Positions 18,875 through 29,224 of a stretch of 64,000 nt of DNA are shown piece by piece. The stretch's first letter is position 1, and each line of letters starts with the position of its first letter. Source of the DNA: Candidatus Latescibacterota bacterium. Lineage in GTDB: Bacteria > Latescibacterota > UBA2968 > GCA-2709665. The stretch spans positions 4,832,001 through 4,896,000 of the forward strand of contig OZ220733.1 of NCBI GenBank assembly GCA_965116875.1. The letters are read 5' to 3'. The translations under genes were made by a program, and so were the position numbers. The notes under the pieces were generated by a model. That model made no database searches and was not told the origin of the DNA. It saw only the letters and a program-made list of their open reading frames with translations.

Positions 18875-21502
18875 CTATCCGCCCGCCACCGCCGCCTGTG
18901 TGGAATTCTCATGTCGCAACGCAAGTTCGCCGTCTTCCAGATCCACGCGAACCCGCGCCCCGTCGACAATATCGCCGCCAATGAGGCCCCGGCCGATTCG
19001 CGTTTCCAGCTCACGCTGCAGGAACCGCTTCAGGGGGCGGGCGCCGTAGACCGGATCGAATCCTTCACGGGCGGCGAATTCCCGCGCGGCATCGGTGATC
19101 TCCAGTTCGATCCGCCGGTCCTGGAGGCGCTCTCGGAGATCCGCGGTCATCAGATCCACGATTTTCGCAATCTCAGCCTGCGTCAAACCCTTGAAAAGGA
19201 CGATATCATCCACGCGATTGAGAAACTCAGGCCGAAAATGCAGCCTCATCTCCGCCATGACCGCCGTGCGGGCTTCGTCGTGGACCTCCCCGCTTTCCGC
19301 GACGCGATCGACGATGTGGGAAGCGCCGATATTGGACGTCATAATGATCACGGCGTTCTTGAAGTCGACGGTTCTCCCCTGGGCGTCAGTCAACCGCCCT
19401 TCGTCGAGGATTTGCAGCAGCACGTTGAACGCGTCGTGGTGGGCCTTTTCAATCTCGTCGAAGAGAATGACCGAGTAGGGTTTCCTGCGCACGGCCTCGG
19501 TCAGCTGTCCCCCGTCCTCGTACCCCACGTACCCCGGAGGCGCGCCCACGAGGCGGGAAACCGAGTGCCGCTCCATGTATTCGCTCATGTCGATGCGCAC
19601 CATATTGTCTTCGGAATCGAATAACGCCTCCGCCAACGCCTTCGCCAACTCGGTCTTGCCGACACCCGTGGGACCCAGGAAGATGAACGAGCCGATCGGC
19701 CGGCGCGGGTCCTTGACCCCCGCCCGCGCCCGGATCACGGCATCGGCCACCAGTGACACGGCTTCGTCCTGACCCACGACGCGCCTGTGCAGGATCTCAT
19801 CCAGCCGGAGGAGCTTTTCCCGCTCGCCTTCTACCAGACGCGTGACGGGGATCCCGGTCCAGCGGGACACGATCTCCGCGATCTCGTCCCCGGTCACCTC
19901 TTCCCGGAGCAGCCGGCCGTCTGCGGACACCCGCGCCTCTTCCGCCTCCAGCGACTGCTCCAGTTCCGGCAGGCGGCCATGACTCAACTCAGCCAACCGG
20001 TTCAGGTCGTATTTCCGTTCCGCGTCTTCGATGTCTCGTCGCACCGCTTCGATCTGTTCGCGAAGGTTGCGAACCGTGTCGATCACCTTCTTTTCGGATT
20101 CCCACTGGGCCCGCATCGCGTCGGCCTGCGACTTCAGATCGGCCAACTCCTTGCGAAGATCTTCCAGTCTCTGCGCGCTGCCCTGATCCGACTCCTTCTT
20201 CAGTGCCGCCTCTTCGATTTCGAGTCTCATCACCCTGCGGGTGACCTCGTCAAGCCCCGCCGGCATGGAATCGATTTCCGTGCGGATCATCGCGCAGGCC
20301 TCGTCGACGAGGTCGATCGCCTTGTCGGGCAGAAACCGGTCCGATACGTACCGGTTGGAGAGCACCGCGGCGCCAACCAGCGCGTTGTCCTGAATACGTA
20401 CCCCGTGGTGCAGTTCGTACCTTTCGCGAAGCCCTCTGAGAATCGAAATGGTATCCTCCACCGACGGCGCATCCACCGTCACGGGTTGAAACCGCCGCTC
20501 CAGTGCGGCGTCCTTCTCGATGTATTTGCGGTATTCGTCCAGTGTTGTCGCCCCGATACAGTGCAGTTCCCCCCGCGCCAGCATCGGTTTGAGCATGTTT
20601 CCCGCGTCCGCGGACCCTTCCGTACGTCCGGCGCCGACGATATTATGGACCTCGTCGATAAACAGCAGAATGCGGCCCTCGCTTTGCGCGATCTCGTTCA
20701 GGACGGCCTTGAGGCGCTCCTCGAACTCGCCTCGAAATTTCGCGCCCGCCAGCAGTGCGCCCATATCCAGCGAAAAAACCGTACGCTCTTTCATCCACTC
20801 GGGCACGTCTCCTTTCACGATCCGCTGGGCGAGTCCTTCCACGACGGCCGTCTTTCCGACGCCGGGCTCCCCGATCAGGACCGGATTGTTCTTGGTCTTG
20901 CGGGACAGGATGCGCACGACCCTTCTGATTTCCGCATCGCGACCGATCACCGGATCCAGTTTGCCGTCGCGGGCCTGCGCGACCAGGTCCACACCGTACT
21001 TTTCCAGTACTTCGCATGCGGGTTCCGGATCGGGACTCGTCACGCGCTGATTGCCCCGTACGCGGGTCAATGCAGCGAGGAAGGCCTCCTTCGTAACACT
21101 GAACTCCTGCAGGATCCGCCCGGCCACGGTATCCGGCCCTTCCTCCAGCAGCGCCAGGCCCAGGTGTTCCACGGATACGTACTCGTCCTGCATCCGCTTC
21201 GCCTCCGCCTCGGCGCCCAGAAGCATCTTCCGGAGGCGCGGCGTCACGAACATCCGGCCGGGCTCGTGGTTGCCTACCGCCTGCCGCGGTCGCCGGTCAA
21301 GTTCGCTTTCCACTTCCGTCTTGAGGGTATCGGCGTCGATATCCATCCGCGCCAGAATACGCGGGACCAGGCCGTCGGACTGCTCCAACAGCGCGAGAAA
21401 CAGGTGTTCCACGTCCACCTCCGGGTGCCCGTACCCCATAGCGCGCGTTTGTGCGTCCCGAAGCGCCTCCTGCGATTTCCGGGTCAGTCTGTCCGTATCC
21501 AT
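18875..21502 (-). CDS. clpB: ATP-dependent chaperone ClpB
   Basis: Clp_N repeats, two Walker A motifs ([16 protein letters not shown]), coiled-coil M domain; AAGGAGG SD before ATG21502. Confidence 0.97.
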   Translation of the reverse strand: MDTDRLTRKSQEALRDAQTRAMGYGHPEVDVEHLFLALLEQSDGLVPRILARMDIDADTLKTEVESELDRRPRQAVGNHEPGRMFVTPRLRKMLLGAEAEAKRMQDEYVSVEHLGLALLEEGPDTVAGRILQEFSVTKEAFLAALTRVRGNQRVTSPDPEPACEVLEKYGVDLVAQARDGKLDPVIGRDAEIRRVVRILSRKTKNNPVLIGEPGVGKTAVVEGLAQRIVKGDVPEWMKERTVFSLDMGALLAGAKFRGEFEERLKAVLNEIAQSEGRILLFIDEVHNIVGAGRTEGSADAGNMLKPMLARGELHCIGATTLDEYRKYIEKDAALERRFQPVTVDAPSVEDTISILRGLRERYELHHGVRIQDNALVGAAVLSNRYVSDRFLPDKAIDLVDEACAMIRTEIDSMPAGLDEVTRRVMRLEIEEAALKKESDQGSAQRLEDLRKELADLKSQADAMRAQWESEKKVIDTVRNLREQIEAVRRDIEDAERKYDLNRLAELSHGRLPELEQSLEAEEARVSADGRLLREEVTGDEIAEIVSRWTGIPVTRLVEGEREKLLRLDEILHRRVVGQDEAVSLVADAVIRARAGVKDPRRPIGSFIFLGPTGVGKTELAKALAEALFDSEDNMVRIDMSEYMERHSVSRLVGAPPGYVGYEDGGQLTEAVRRKPYSVILFDEIEKAHHDAFNVLLQILDEGRLTDAQGRTVDFKNAVIIMTSNIGASHIVDRVAESGEVHDEARTAVMAEMRLHFRPEFLNRVDDIVLFKGLTQAEIAKIVDLMTADLRERLQDRRIELEITDAAREFAAREGFDPVYGARPLKRFLQRELETRIGRGLIGGDIVDGARVRVDLEDGELALRHENSTQAAVAGG

Positions 21503-21515
21503 TTGGGCCTCCTTG

Positions 21516-21618
21516 GAAGCTGTCCTGAGATTCCCGGCGGTCTTCGCACCTGCCTGCGCAGCGTATTGCGCTGCAGTCAGGCCCGTCGGGAACTCACCGG
21601 TCATGTGAAACCAGCTTC
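21516..21618. mobile_element. MITE-like repeat family A, copy 1
   Basis: GAAGCTGT...CAGCTTC termini; sub-terminal sequence shared with 44453-44610 and 47112-47331. Confidence 0.75.
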
Positions 21619-21929
21619 CTGCTTGTTCACAATGATTCCGCATCCGGATTCACCGTACCGGGTCAGGCTCTATACTCATGCTTCCCCGGATTCCACAAGG
21701 CTCCACCGGCCAGTGGATTGCCATGAATCGTACGGATGCCGCGTGAGTCTGGTTTGCTGTCACCCCGGATACCTTGCAATGATCGTGCCAGAATGATGTA
21801 CAAGACAGAGATCAGGACAGAAACCCGAATCGGGCGAGAGAGAGCCTCATTCGTCGAACGCACGACGTCACGCCATCTGGAATCGTCTCTCGGTGCTGCG
21901 GCTTTTGCGGAATTGAGGTGAATTGGGCG

Positions 21930-22146
21930 GTTCGACACGCTCAGGGCAACCCACATAAACCTGCGCCTGCAAACTGAGCCGCTCCCTGAGCTTGCGATCC
22001 CTGAGCCTGTCGAAGGGTCGAAGGGTCGGCGAATGACGAAGAAGAACGCAGACGGGTTACGAAACACGGGCATTTCGACATTTCGACACCCTTCGACAGG
22101 CTCAGGGACCGAGCTCAATGCAGGCATGCTTGCTTCGACAGGCTCC
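21930..22146. repeat. Cluster of CCCTGAGCCTGTCGAAGGG-type REP-like palindromic repeats
   Basis: Perfect 20-bp inverted pair at 21998-22017 and 22089-22108, plus degenerate TTCGACA copies. Confidence 0.8.
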
Positions 22147-22329
22147 ACACAAGCAATAACCACGTATCGAAATGCTCAGCGTAAACAGCGCAGCGGGATT
22201 GGATGGATCGGCGGAATCGCGGCGGCATCTTTACCGTCCAGAGCACTTGACGTTGAATTTATCTCGATCATCACGTATCTTTCGAATCGTTCATACCCCC
22301 AACTTCCATTCCGTCCGGAGGATCGCCGG

Positions 22330-23163
22330 ATGAAATCCGACACAGAGGCCCTTTCGGTATTCGCACCCGATCTCTTCGCCGGGAAAACCGCTCTCGTTAC
22401 CGGCGGCGGGCGGGGAATCGGCAAGCGGACCGCCCTCGCGTTTGCGCGGCTGGGCGCTCAGGTTGTGATCGCCGGCCGCCACGCCGAAACGCTCACTTCT
22501 GCGGGCGAGGAAATCGTGTGCGTCGGCGCGCGATGCCTCGCCCTGCCCGTCAATATCCGCGAAGTCGAACAGGTTGATCATCTCCTCTCAACGGCGCTTC
22601 GCGAATTCGGCGCAATCGACTACCTGGTCAACAACGCGGGCGGCCAGTTTCCGGCGCGTCCGCCGGACATCACCGACGGGGGCTGGCGGGCCGTTGTCGA
22701 TCTCAACCTGAACGGCACCTGGAACATGTGCAGCCGCTTCGGACCCCATATGGCCGCGAATGGTTATGGATCCATCGTCAACATCGTACACGTCTATGCG
22801 CTTGAACGGGGAGCGCCGCCGTTTGCCCACTCCGGGGCCGCCCGGGCAGGCGTGGTCAACCTGACCAAGACCCTGGGATTCCACTATGCCCGCAAGAACG
22901 TCCGTGTCAATGCCGTCGCTCCCGGATTCGTGGACACCTCGGGCCTCCGGGAACATGAATTCGGGCCGCTTCAGAGAGAAAACTTCGAATCGCAGGCGCT
23001 TTGCGACGTTCCCGCCGGCCGGTTCGCGGACCCGGACGAGGTTGCCGCGATCACGCTGTTCCTCTGTTCTCCCGCCGCGGCCTACATTACAGGGACGACG
23101 ATTGTCGCCGACGGCGCACTGTCACTGGGCAACTGGACGCCGTGGATGGATCCCGAATCGTAG
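22330..23163 (+). CDS. SDR oxidoreductase (trans-2-enoyl-CoA reductase/AtuB-like)
   Basis: TGGGRGIG, NNAGGQF, HSGAARAG in place of YxxxK, VNAVAPG. Confidence 0.88.
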   Translation: MKSDTEALSVFAPDLFAGKTALVTGGGRGIGKRTALAFARLGAQVVIAGRHAETLTSAGEEIVCVGARCLALPVNIREVEQVDHLLSTALREFGAIDYLVNNAGGQFPARPPDITDGGWRAVVDLNLNGTWNMCSRFGPHMAANGYGSIVNIVHVYALERGAPPFAHSGAARAGVVNLTKTLGFHYARKNVRVNAVAPGFVDTSGLREHEFGPLQRENFESQALCDVPAGRFADPDEVAAITLFLCSPAAAYITGTTIVADGALSLGNWTPWMDPES

Positions 23164-23172
23164 CAAAAAAAT

Positions 23173-23205
23173 ACAGAGAGGCCGGGGGTTTCCCGGTCTC
23201 TCTGT
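23173..23205. terminator. Hairpin/terminator between convergent genes
   Basis: ACAGAGAGgCCGGG-loop-CCCGGtCTCTCTGT preceded by an A tract. Confidence 0.6.
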
Positions 23206-23354
23206 CTGTGTGGTCTCCACGGTTTGTCTGTTCGAATTCGAGGCAGACAACCATATGCCGTTTTGGCACATTCTCGGTGTCAGTTCGGCATAATATGCCA
23301 AAATGGCGTATTATGCCTTGATGCGCGGATGCCGGCTTCGGCGTCGTACCCGGG

Positions 23355-24161
23355 TCAATATCCGATTCGCCGCAAAAACGCGTATGTCCCGGCGCTTCGC
23401 CTGGCTTCGCTGACGGGGTCGTCGGCGCCCGGTACCGGGTTTCCCGGACAGCTGGTTACCCAACGCGAAAAACCGATCTCCACCAGCGCGTTTCGAATCG
23501 AGACGAAATCCAGGTCCACACCCTCCCCCACGTCGCACCAGACCGGATCGTATCGACCTCTTTCATCCCGTGAGCACGACGTGTAATCCTGAAGGTGCAT
23601 GTAATTCAGTCTGGGACTGAAGTCGCGTATCGAATCTGCCGGATCGTAGCCCCAGAGCCTGGCGTGGGACACGTCGATACAGAGCTTTGCCTTGCGCAGC
23701 CGACCGGCGTAGAACTTCCAGTCGGCCGCTGAGTCCACGAGCGTATTGGTATGGATGTGATAGCTGATCTCCAGGCCCAGCGTTTCCGCGTATTCCGCCC
23801 ACGCTTCCGCGCCCTCGGCGGCGGCGGCCAGGTCATCCTCGTTCACGGGGCGGCCCGCCGGTTTTCCGCCGCTCATGAACATAAAGCAGTCGGCGCCCAC
23901 CTCGGCGGCGTAATCCATCCGGCGCCGGTTGCGTTCCACGTGCGCCCAGTCCCGAATATCCGGCGAACCACTGGCGGTATAGACGGCCATCGGCAATCCG
24001 GCGTTCCCGCACATCCGCCGCAAACGGGAAGGCGGCCCCAGCCAGTCCGCGGACATCCTTCCTTCCCAGCCGTCCCATCCGGCCCTGGCCAACTCCTCCA
24101 GCGCCCGTTCCAGATCCGGCTCCTGCCATCGGAGCGTGCTGTATCCCAGCCTGAATTCCAT
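23355..24161 (-). CDS. Sugar phosphate isomerase/epimerase (IolE-like TIM barrel)
   Basis: DGWE, YHIH, CIDVSH, YMHLQD, VGEG. Confidence 0.85.
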   Translation of the reverse strand: MEFRLGYSTLRWQEPDLERALEELARAGWDGWEGRMSADWLGPPSRLRRMCGNAGLPMAVYTASGSPDIRDWAHVERNRRRMDYAAEVGADCFMFMSGGKPAGRPVNEDDLAAAAEGAEAWAEYAETLGLEISYHIHTNTLVDSAADWKFYAGRLRKAKLCIDVSHARLWGYDPADSIRDFSPRLNYMHLQDYTSCSRDERGRYDPVWCDVGEGVDLDFVSIRNALVEIGFSRWVTSCPGNPVPGADDPVSEARRSAGTYAFLRRIGY

Positions 24162-24201
24162 GGTTCCTCCCGTCTGCGCATAGCGCGAAGGCAGCGGGTA
24201 C

Positions 24202-26694
24202 CTAGCGTCCCCGCCGACCCAACTCCTCCTGTGCGCGGCGAAACAGAGCGATCAGACGCGTGCGCGTATTCTCGTCCCTGAATACGCCGATCTTCTCCGC
24301 CCACGCGACGCCGCCCTCCAGATGGGTCAACAGATATTCTCCGTCGGCGGATTCGAACGCGCATCGTCTGCCCACGTCGATGTAGACCGGCGATGAGTGG
24401 GCCATTACGGGACCGGCGTCCGTGGCGTATTCGCCCCAGCAGCGGGCAGCCACCCAGCATGACTTTTCAACTTTCAACGCCTGCTTCAGTGTGACCGCCC
24501 TGCGGTCCCCTGCCGCCTGCTGTCTGGCGGCGCGTTTCCCGTTCACGATCAGTTCCACGGCGGTCAACGGCCACACGCTTTCGGCAGCAGCGACCACTTC
24601 CACTGTCCCTCCGTTTCCCTTCAGTGCGATCTCCCCTCCCATCGGCGTTCCGTCGACGCACAGATCGATCATTGCCCCGGTACTGGCGAACGTCGTGCCG
24701 CGTTTTACAGCTTTACACCAATTTTCAAATGTAAACGCTTCTCCGCGTGCGAGTTTAGCATAGGTGCGCGAACCCCCCAGAATGCGCTCGTTCGACATTT
24801 TGTCCGTTCCGCCGACGATCGGGAGTTTCTGCCCCGAATTCAACCATCGATAGTACCCCCGCTCTCCGGCGCCGATCCGCTCGCCCTGCCAGATCCAGCA
24901 CATCTCCGCGGCGTCGGCCTGGCCCAGCAGGATATTGGCGGCATTCTCGAAATCGGGCGTGGGCATATGCGGCATGATCACCAGGCCCCCCTGCTTCCGG
25001 CACGCTTCGGCCCAATCCGCCATCAGAACCTGGATCTCGCCGCCGATCCAATCCTCCTGCGGCCCGCCGGTACACATCGGCGCCACCATTTCTTTCAGCC
25101 CCAGCAGGCTGATGTGCCCCAGCACGTGCTGCCGGTTTTCCTGGCTCACCCAGATCTTGTGGAACTCGCTGCTCGTTGGCGCCAGGCCGCCCGTAAACTC
25201 CTCCCAGCTCGTAAACAGTCGGCCCCACTGACTGGCCAGAAGATTCACGACGTTGAGATCTTCCCCTGCGGCTTCGAGATGGGAGGACTGCGACGACAGG
25301 AAGTGCACATGGGTGTCGCCGGAATAGAATCCCCGGTCTTTCATGTCAAATGCGCGTTCAATATCCAGAGCGAGATCCCGCTGACCCGGCTTGATCTCAA
25401 TCAGACTCCGCACGGGCACATACTCGAATCCTCGCGCCACCTCCACGTAAACCGGTCCTACGGGAAGTTCCACCTGGCAGGTTCCGTCGATATACGCGTA
25501 CGGGGTGCCGCGCACCTTGCAGTCGCCGCCCATGTCCTCGAACCACGCTGTATTCACGTCGGCCTGGTGGCCGTGGGGCGCGAAGTAGGCCCCGTGTGGA
25601 GACCGGAAGTGAATCCGGCATCCGACCGGACGGCCGATGGCGGCGTCGTTCACACTGACGTGTACCCACTGCCGGCCCGCGGGCGCAACGAGGTCCACAC
25701 GCGTCGCACCGCTCGTTACGGTCTTCTTGTCCAGAACGTCTCCCCATCGGAACGCCTCGCTGGAATCTCCGCACCGGATGCTCAGCCGCCCTTCCCGCGA
25801 GCCATGGACCTCGAGATAACGACCCTCCTGAAACGCCTGCCCTCCCGACCCCCACCCCGCCTCATCTGTTTCGAGGAAATCCGCGCCGGGCACGTAGAGC
25901 CGGTCCTGTCGTGCGATCACGCCTCGATCCATATCGGCCGCGATCTCCTCCCCGCCTCCGGTCGATACCGCCACCTCGCTGCGCGGATGCCAGGCCAGCG
26001 GATCCCGTTCCTCCTGGCAGAGCGTGATGCCGCCCAGGGCGACTGCAGCCCCTCCGGACGCCGACACCTCAATTCTCGTTATGGTCTTCCCCGGATGCGG
26101 ATTGACCCAGTCGTACAGCCACCAGCCCGACAGATCGCTGCTTTCCGACCTTACGCCCACCTGTGCCGCGCCGTACGGCATGCTCCGGTCGTCCAGCCCC
26201 ACCGGGAGAAACTCACGGCAATTCCGGCAGAGAAAGGGATGGTGTCCCCACGGCACGAACAGGTCGTGAATCTCGAAACGCCGTCTCAGATCCTGTCCGA
26301 CGCCGGTACCTGAATCGTAGCCGATCCGGTACCTTCCCACAACTTCCCCCGTCCCTTCAAGACTCGCGTCGGCGCCGCGGACCGGCGTACAGACGTGAGC
26401 GAACAACACCCGGCGCGCCTTCCGGCCGACGTCTATGGTCACAGACCCGGCGCCATTCCAGTCTGCCCGACCTGAAACCACGATGAAGGCCGGCTGGGGG
26501 GAACGCTCCTCACGGTCGGCGAGGGCGAACGGGACCCCCCAGAACCGGCAGTTTCCCTCCGGCAGCCGGTGCAGCCCGCTCAATGCCGTCGATCCGTGCG
26601 CGGACGGCCACAGGTACCCGTCCGCGGTCTCGATATTCTCCGTCCCGCAATTGTACCAGGGGCTCAGATCCAGCGGATGAAAAATGTCTGACAT
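24202..26694 (-). CDS. CehA/McbA-type PHP-fold metallohydrolase, paralog 2
   Basis: RGFEY, SGDTHVH, ENRQHVLGH, GGLVIMPH, GGTDK, AHSSPVY. Confidence 0.8.
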   Translation of the reverse strand: MSDIFHPLDLSPWYNCGTENIETADGYLWPSAHGSTALSGLHRLPEGNCRFWGVPFALADREERSPQPAFIVVSGRADWNGAGSVTIDVGRKARRVLFAHVCTPVRGADASLEGTGEVVGRYRIGYDSGTGVGQDLRRRFEIHDLFVPWGHHPFLCRNCREFLPVGLDDRSMPYGAAQVGVRSESSDLSGWWLYDWVNPHPGKTITRIEVSASGGAAVALGGITLCQEERDPLAWHPRSEVAVSTGGGEEIAADMDRGVIARQDRLYVPGADFLETDEAGWGSGGQAFQEGRYLEVHGSREGRLSIRCGDSSEAFRWGDVLDKKTVTSGATRVDLVAPAGRQWVHVSVNDAAIGRPVGCRIHFRSPHGAYFAPHGHQADVNTAWFEDMGGDCKVRGTPYAYIDGTCQVELPVGPVYVEVARGFEYVPVRSLIEIKPGQRDLALDIERAFDMKDRGFYSGDTHVHFLSSQSSHLEAAGEDLNVVNLLASQWGRLFTSWEEFTGGLAPTSSEFHKIWVSQENRQHVLGHISLLGLKEMVAPMCTGGPQEDWIGGEIQVLMADWAEACRKQGGLVIMPHMPTPDFENAANILLGQADAAEMCWIWQGERIGAGERGYYRWLNSGQKLPIVGGTDKMSNERILGGSRTYAKLARGEAFTFENWCKAVKRGTTFASTGAMIDLCVDGTPMGGEIALKGNGGTVEVVAAAESVWPLTAVELIVNGKRAARQQAAGDRRAVTLKQALKVEKSCWVAARCWGEYATDAGPVMAHSSPVYIDVGRRCAFESADGEYLLTHLEGGVAWAEKIGVFRDENTRTRLIALFRRAQEELGRRGR

Positions 26695-26853
26695 AGGCTA
26701 CACGCTCCAATCTTGTGGGGTCATTCCAAAATCAATTGACGCCCGGCAGCTTTCTCCGTACTCTCACACGACCGTTGAATCGCGTCCACGACCCGCACCG
26801 CCGATCCGCTGATGTCCGGAGCCGGTGTGCTGCATTGGCCAGGAGCAAAACCG

Positions 26854-27594
26854 ATGGTTATCGACAGCCACGTTCATCTGCGGCACGGCAACGCGGAGCG
26901 TACGGAATACACCGCTCGCCAGATCGTTGACTCCATGGATGGCGCGGGTGTGGCCAGGTCCGTCGTCTTCGCCATCTGCACCACCGCGTTCGACGCCATC
27001 TCGCGTGCCCGGACCGCGCACGAGTTGTATCCGGACCGCCTGATCCCCTACGCGTACGCGCTGCCCAACGCGGAACGGTCCATCATCGGATGCATCGAGG
27101 AAGCCATCACCGTCATGGACTTCAAGGGCATCAAGATACACGCCGGGGAATGCACCCTGGCCGAATACGTGACGGACCCCGTACTTGAACTGGCCGGCAG
27201 ACATGGCGTACCCTGTCTCATCGACTTCATCGGCCGTCTCGACGACCTTGAACGCATGGCCCGCGCCTTTCCCGACACCCCGATCATCGTCGCCCACATG
27301 GGCCGGTACCTCTGTACGGACCGTGGACTCATCGATCGATTTCTGGGAATCGCCGAGGCGTACGGGAACGTCCATATGGACATCAGCGGCGTCGTATTGA
27401 TCTGGAAGATCCGCGAGGCCGTGGAGCGCCTGGGGCCGGAACGCATCATCTGGGGTACCGACGGGCCCTATCCCACGCCCGACCTGGCAACGTACATTAC
27501 GACCGATCTCGCAAAGGTCCGCGCCTCCGGACTCCCGGAATCCGATCTTTCCGCCATTCTCGGTGGAAACATCGCACGGCTGCTGGCGCTCTGA
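26854..27594 (+). CDS. Amidohydrolase_2 family protein
   Basis: IDSHVH, GIKIH, AHMG, WGTDGP, ILGGNIARLL. Confidence 0.9.
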   Translation: MVIDSHVHLRHGNAERTEYTARQIVDSMDGAGVARSVVFAICTTAFDAISRARTAHELYPDRLIPYAYALPNAERSIIGCIEEAITVMDFKGIKIHAGECTLAEYVTDPVLELAGRHGVPCLIDFIGRLDDLERMARAFPDTPIIVAHMGRYLCTDRGLIDRFLGIAEAYGNVHMDISGVVLIWKIREAVERLGPERIIWGTDGPYPTPDLATYITTDLAKVRASGLPESDLSAILGGNIARLLAL

Positions 27595-27781
27595 CACAAC
27601 GGCCATGTCAATAAAACACGATACAATATCGTTCAATTGAGGTTGATACAGGTATCTCGCGTTGAAAACCGTACTGCGGACGGGAAAAGGGCTGGGGCGC
27701 AGCCGCAGTACCGACGGCGCGACTTCACCCGCGACTCCCGCACACCGAACACGATGACAGGGGACTTCTCAACACTTTTTC

Positions 27782-27809
27782 TTGACAAAAGTCCGCGTTT
27801 GTATATTTT
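27782..27809 (+). promoter_or_regulatory. Putative sigma70 promoter for the riboswitch-asd transcript
   Basis: TTGACA at 27782, 16-nt spacer, TATTTT ending ~10 nt before the aptamer. Confidence 0.55.
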
Positions 27810-27818
27810 TCCTCCGCT

Positions 27819-28001
27819 GCAAGGGTAGAGGCGCGGGTTTGCATGAGTAGCCGGCAGTGGACGGCGGACCCACAACTGCCGGACCAAAGGGCAAACCTGC
27901 CGAAGCCCGAGACTCCCGCCGCCGGGATGAACGGGCTGGGCTGCTGGATAAGATCCAGCGGACTGTCACGGGAAACAGCGTCCCGTGGAGCGCTCTCTTG
28001 C
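27819..28001 (+). promoter_or_regulatory. Lysine riboswitch (L-box) aptamer
   Basis: AGAGGCGC, ATGAGTA, AAAGG, GCCGAA, TGGG, ACTGTC, GGAGCGCT in canonical order; P1 GCAAGGGTAG/CTCTCTTGC; upstream of asd. Confidence 0.9.
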
Positions 28002-28022
28002 GACGTGGCCCGGATCGGTCGA

Positions 28023-28063
28023 AGCCGGCGATGTCTCTACCTCTGGACATGCCGGCTGTTTTT
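28023..28063 (+). terminator. Riboswitch-controlled terminator (expression platform)
   Basis: AGCCGGC-g-ATGTC...GACAT-GCCGGCT followed by GTTTTT; CTCTACC (28035-28041) is complementary to GGTAGAG of P1. Confidence 0.7.
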
Positions 28064-28100
28064 GTGCCGCCGACAACCCTCACTCACAGAAGGAACGGAA

Positions 28101-29183
28101 ATGAAAAAACTCAAAGCAGGCGTTCTGGGCGCCACCGGCATGGTCGGTCAGCGTTTTGTCTCACTCCTGGAAGACCATCCCTGGTTTGAAGTCTCTGTGG
28201 TGGCGGCCAGCCCGCGGTCCGCGGGCAGGTCGTACCGTGAAGCGGTCGCTGGCCGCTGGACACTCGACTCTGACATTCCGGCCGATATCGCCGGTCTGAC
28301 GGTCAGGAACGTCAACGAAGTCGACGCAATTTCCGGCGAGGCCGATTTCGTCTGTTCGGCGCTGGATATGGAAAAAGAGGACATCCGCAGTCTCGAGGAC
28401 GCCTATGCCAGACGGGAAACGCCTGTTGCGTCCAACAATTCGGCCCACCGCTGGACTCCCGACGTGCCGATGCTCATGCCCGAGATCAACGCGGGACACG
28501 TGGCCGTCATCGAGGCGCAGCGCAGGCGCCTGGGTACACGGTCCGGCTTTGTCGCCGTCAAGCCCAACTGTTCGATACAGCCCTACGTTCCCGCATTTGA
28601 GGCGCTTGCGGACTTCGCACCCCGTCGCGCGTCCGTCTGCACCTACCAGGCCATCTCCGGCGCCGGAAAGACATTCCGGTCCTGGCCGGAGATGGAGGAC
28701 AATATTATCCCCTTCATTGGAGGAGAAGAGGAAAAGAGCGCAATGGAACCGCTGAAGATCTGGGGCGAGATCCACGACGGTGAAATCCGTAACGCCAGCG
28801 GCCCGGCGATTTCAGCCCAGTGCATACGCGTACCCGTCAGCGACGGTCACATGGCTGCCACGTCGGTGTCGTTCGAACGGAAGCCATCCCGGGAGCAGGT
28901 CATCGATTCCTGGCGGAAATTCCAGGGGGACCCGAAGGCGGCCGCGCTGCCCTCGTCGCCAAAACCGTTCCTGACGTATTTCGATGAAGAAGACCGGCCC
29001 CAGACCCGGTTGGACCGGGACGCGGGGAACGGCATGGGCGTTACGCTCGGCAGGCTGAGGGATGACAACCTGTTCGACTACAGATTCATCGCCCTGAGCC
29101 ACAACACCGTTCGGGGTGCGGCGGGCGGCGCCATTCTCATGGCTGAACTGCTTGCGGCCGAGGGATATCTGCAGGCAAAATAG
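28101..29183 (+). CDS. asd: Aspartate-semialdehyde dehydrogenase (archaeal/fungal-type subfamily)
   Basis: GATGMVGQRF..LL.HPWF, KPNCS, QAISGAG, RVPV.DGH, SHNTVRGAAGG. Confidence 0.95.
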   Translation: MKKLKAGVLGATGMVGQRFVSLLEDHPWFEVSVVAASPRSAGRSYREAVAGRWTLDSDIPADIAGLTVRNVNEVDAISGEADFVCSALDMEKEDIRSLEDAYARRETPVASNNSAHRWTPDVPMLMPEINAGHVAVIEAQRRRLGTRSGFVAVKPNCSIQPYVPAFEALADFAPRRASVCTYQAISGAGKTFRSWPEMEDNIIPFIGGEEEKSAMEPLKIWGEIHDGEIRNASGPAISAQCIRVPVSDGHMAATSVSFERKPSREQVIDSWRKFQGDPKAAALPSSPKPFLTYFDEEDRPQTRLDRDAGNGMGVTLGRLRDDNLFDYRFIALSHNTVRGAAGGAILMAELLAAEGYLQAK

Positions 29184-29224
29184 CGCCATTTCGCGACGCC
29201 CCGCCGACGGTTCCGGACCGGCTT

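Noticed and set aside
19787-21796. 669-aa ORF antisense to clpB and similar long shadow ORFs (24967-26313, 56499-57515)
   Set aside because: Typical antisense open frames of GC-rich coding sequence with no recognisable motifs.
21620-21930. CIRCE or HAIR heat-shock operator upstream of clpB
   Set aside because: Only a half-site-like CATGAGT is present; no proper inverted repeat.
21503-22329. N-terminal extensions of ClpB and the SDR, and ORF 21663-22163
   Set aside because: They are read-through of MITE/REP repeats; better SD-associated starts exist at 21502 and 22330.
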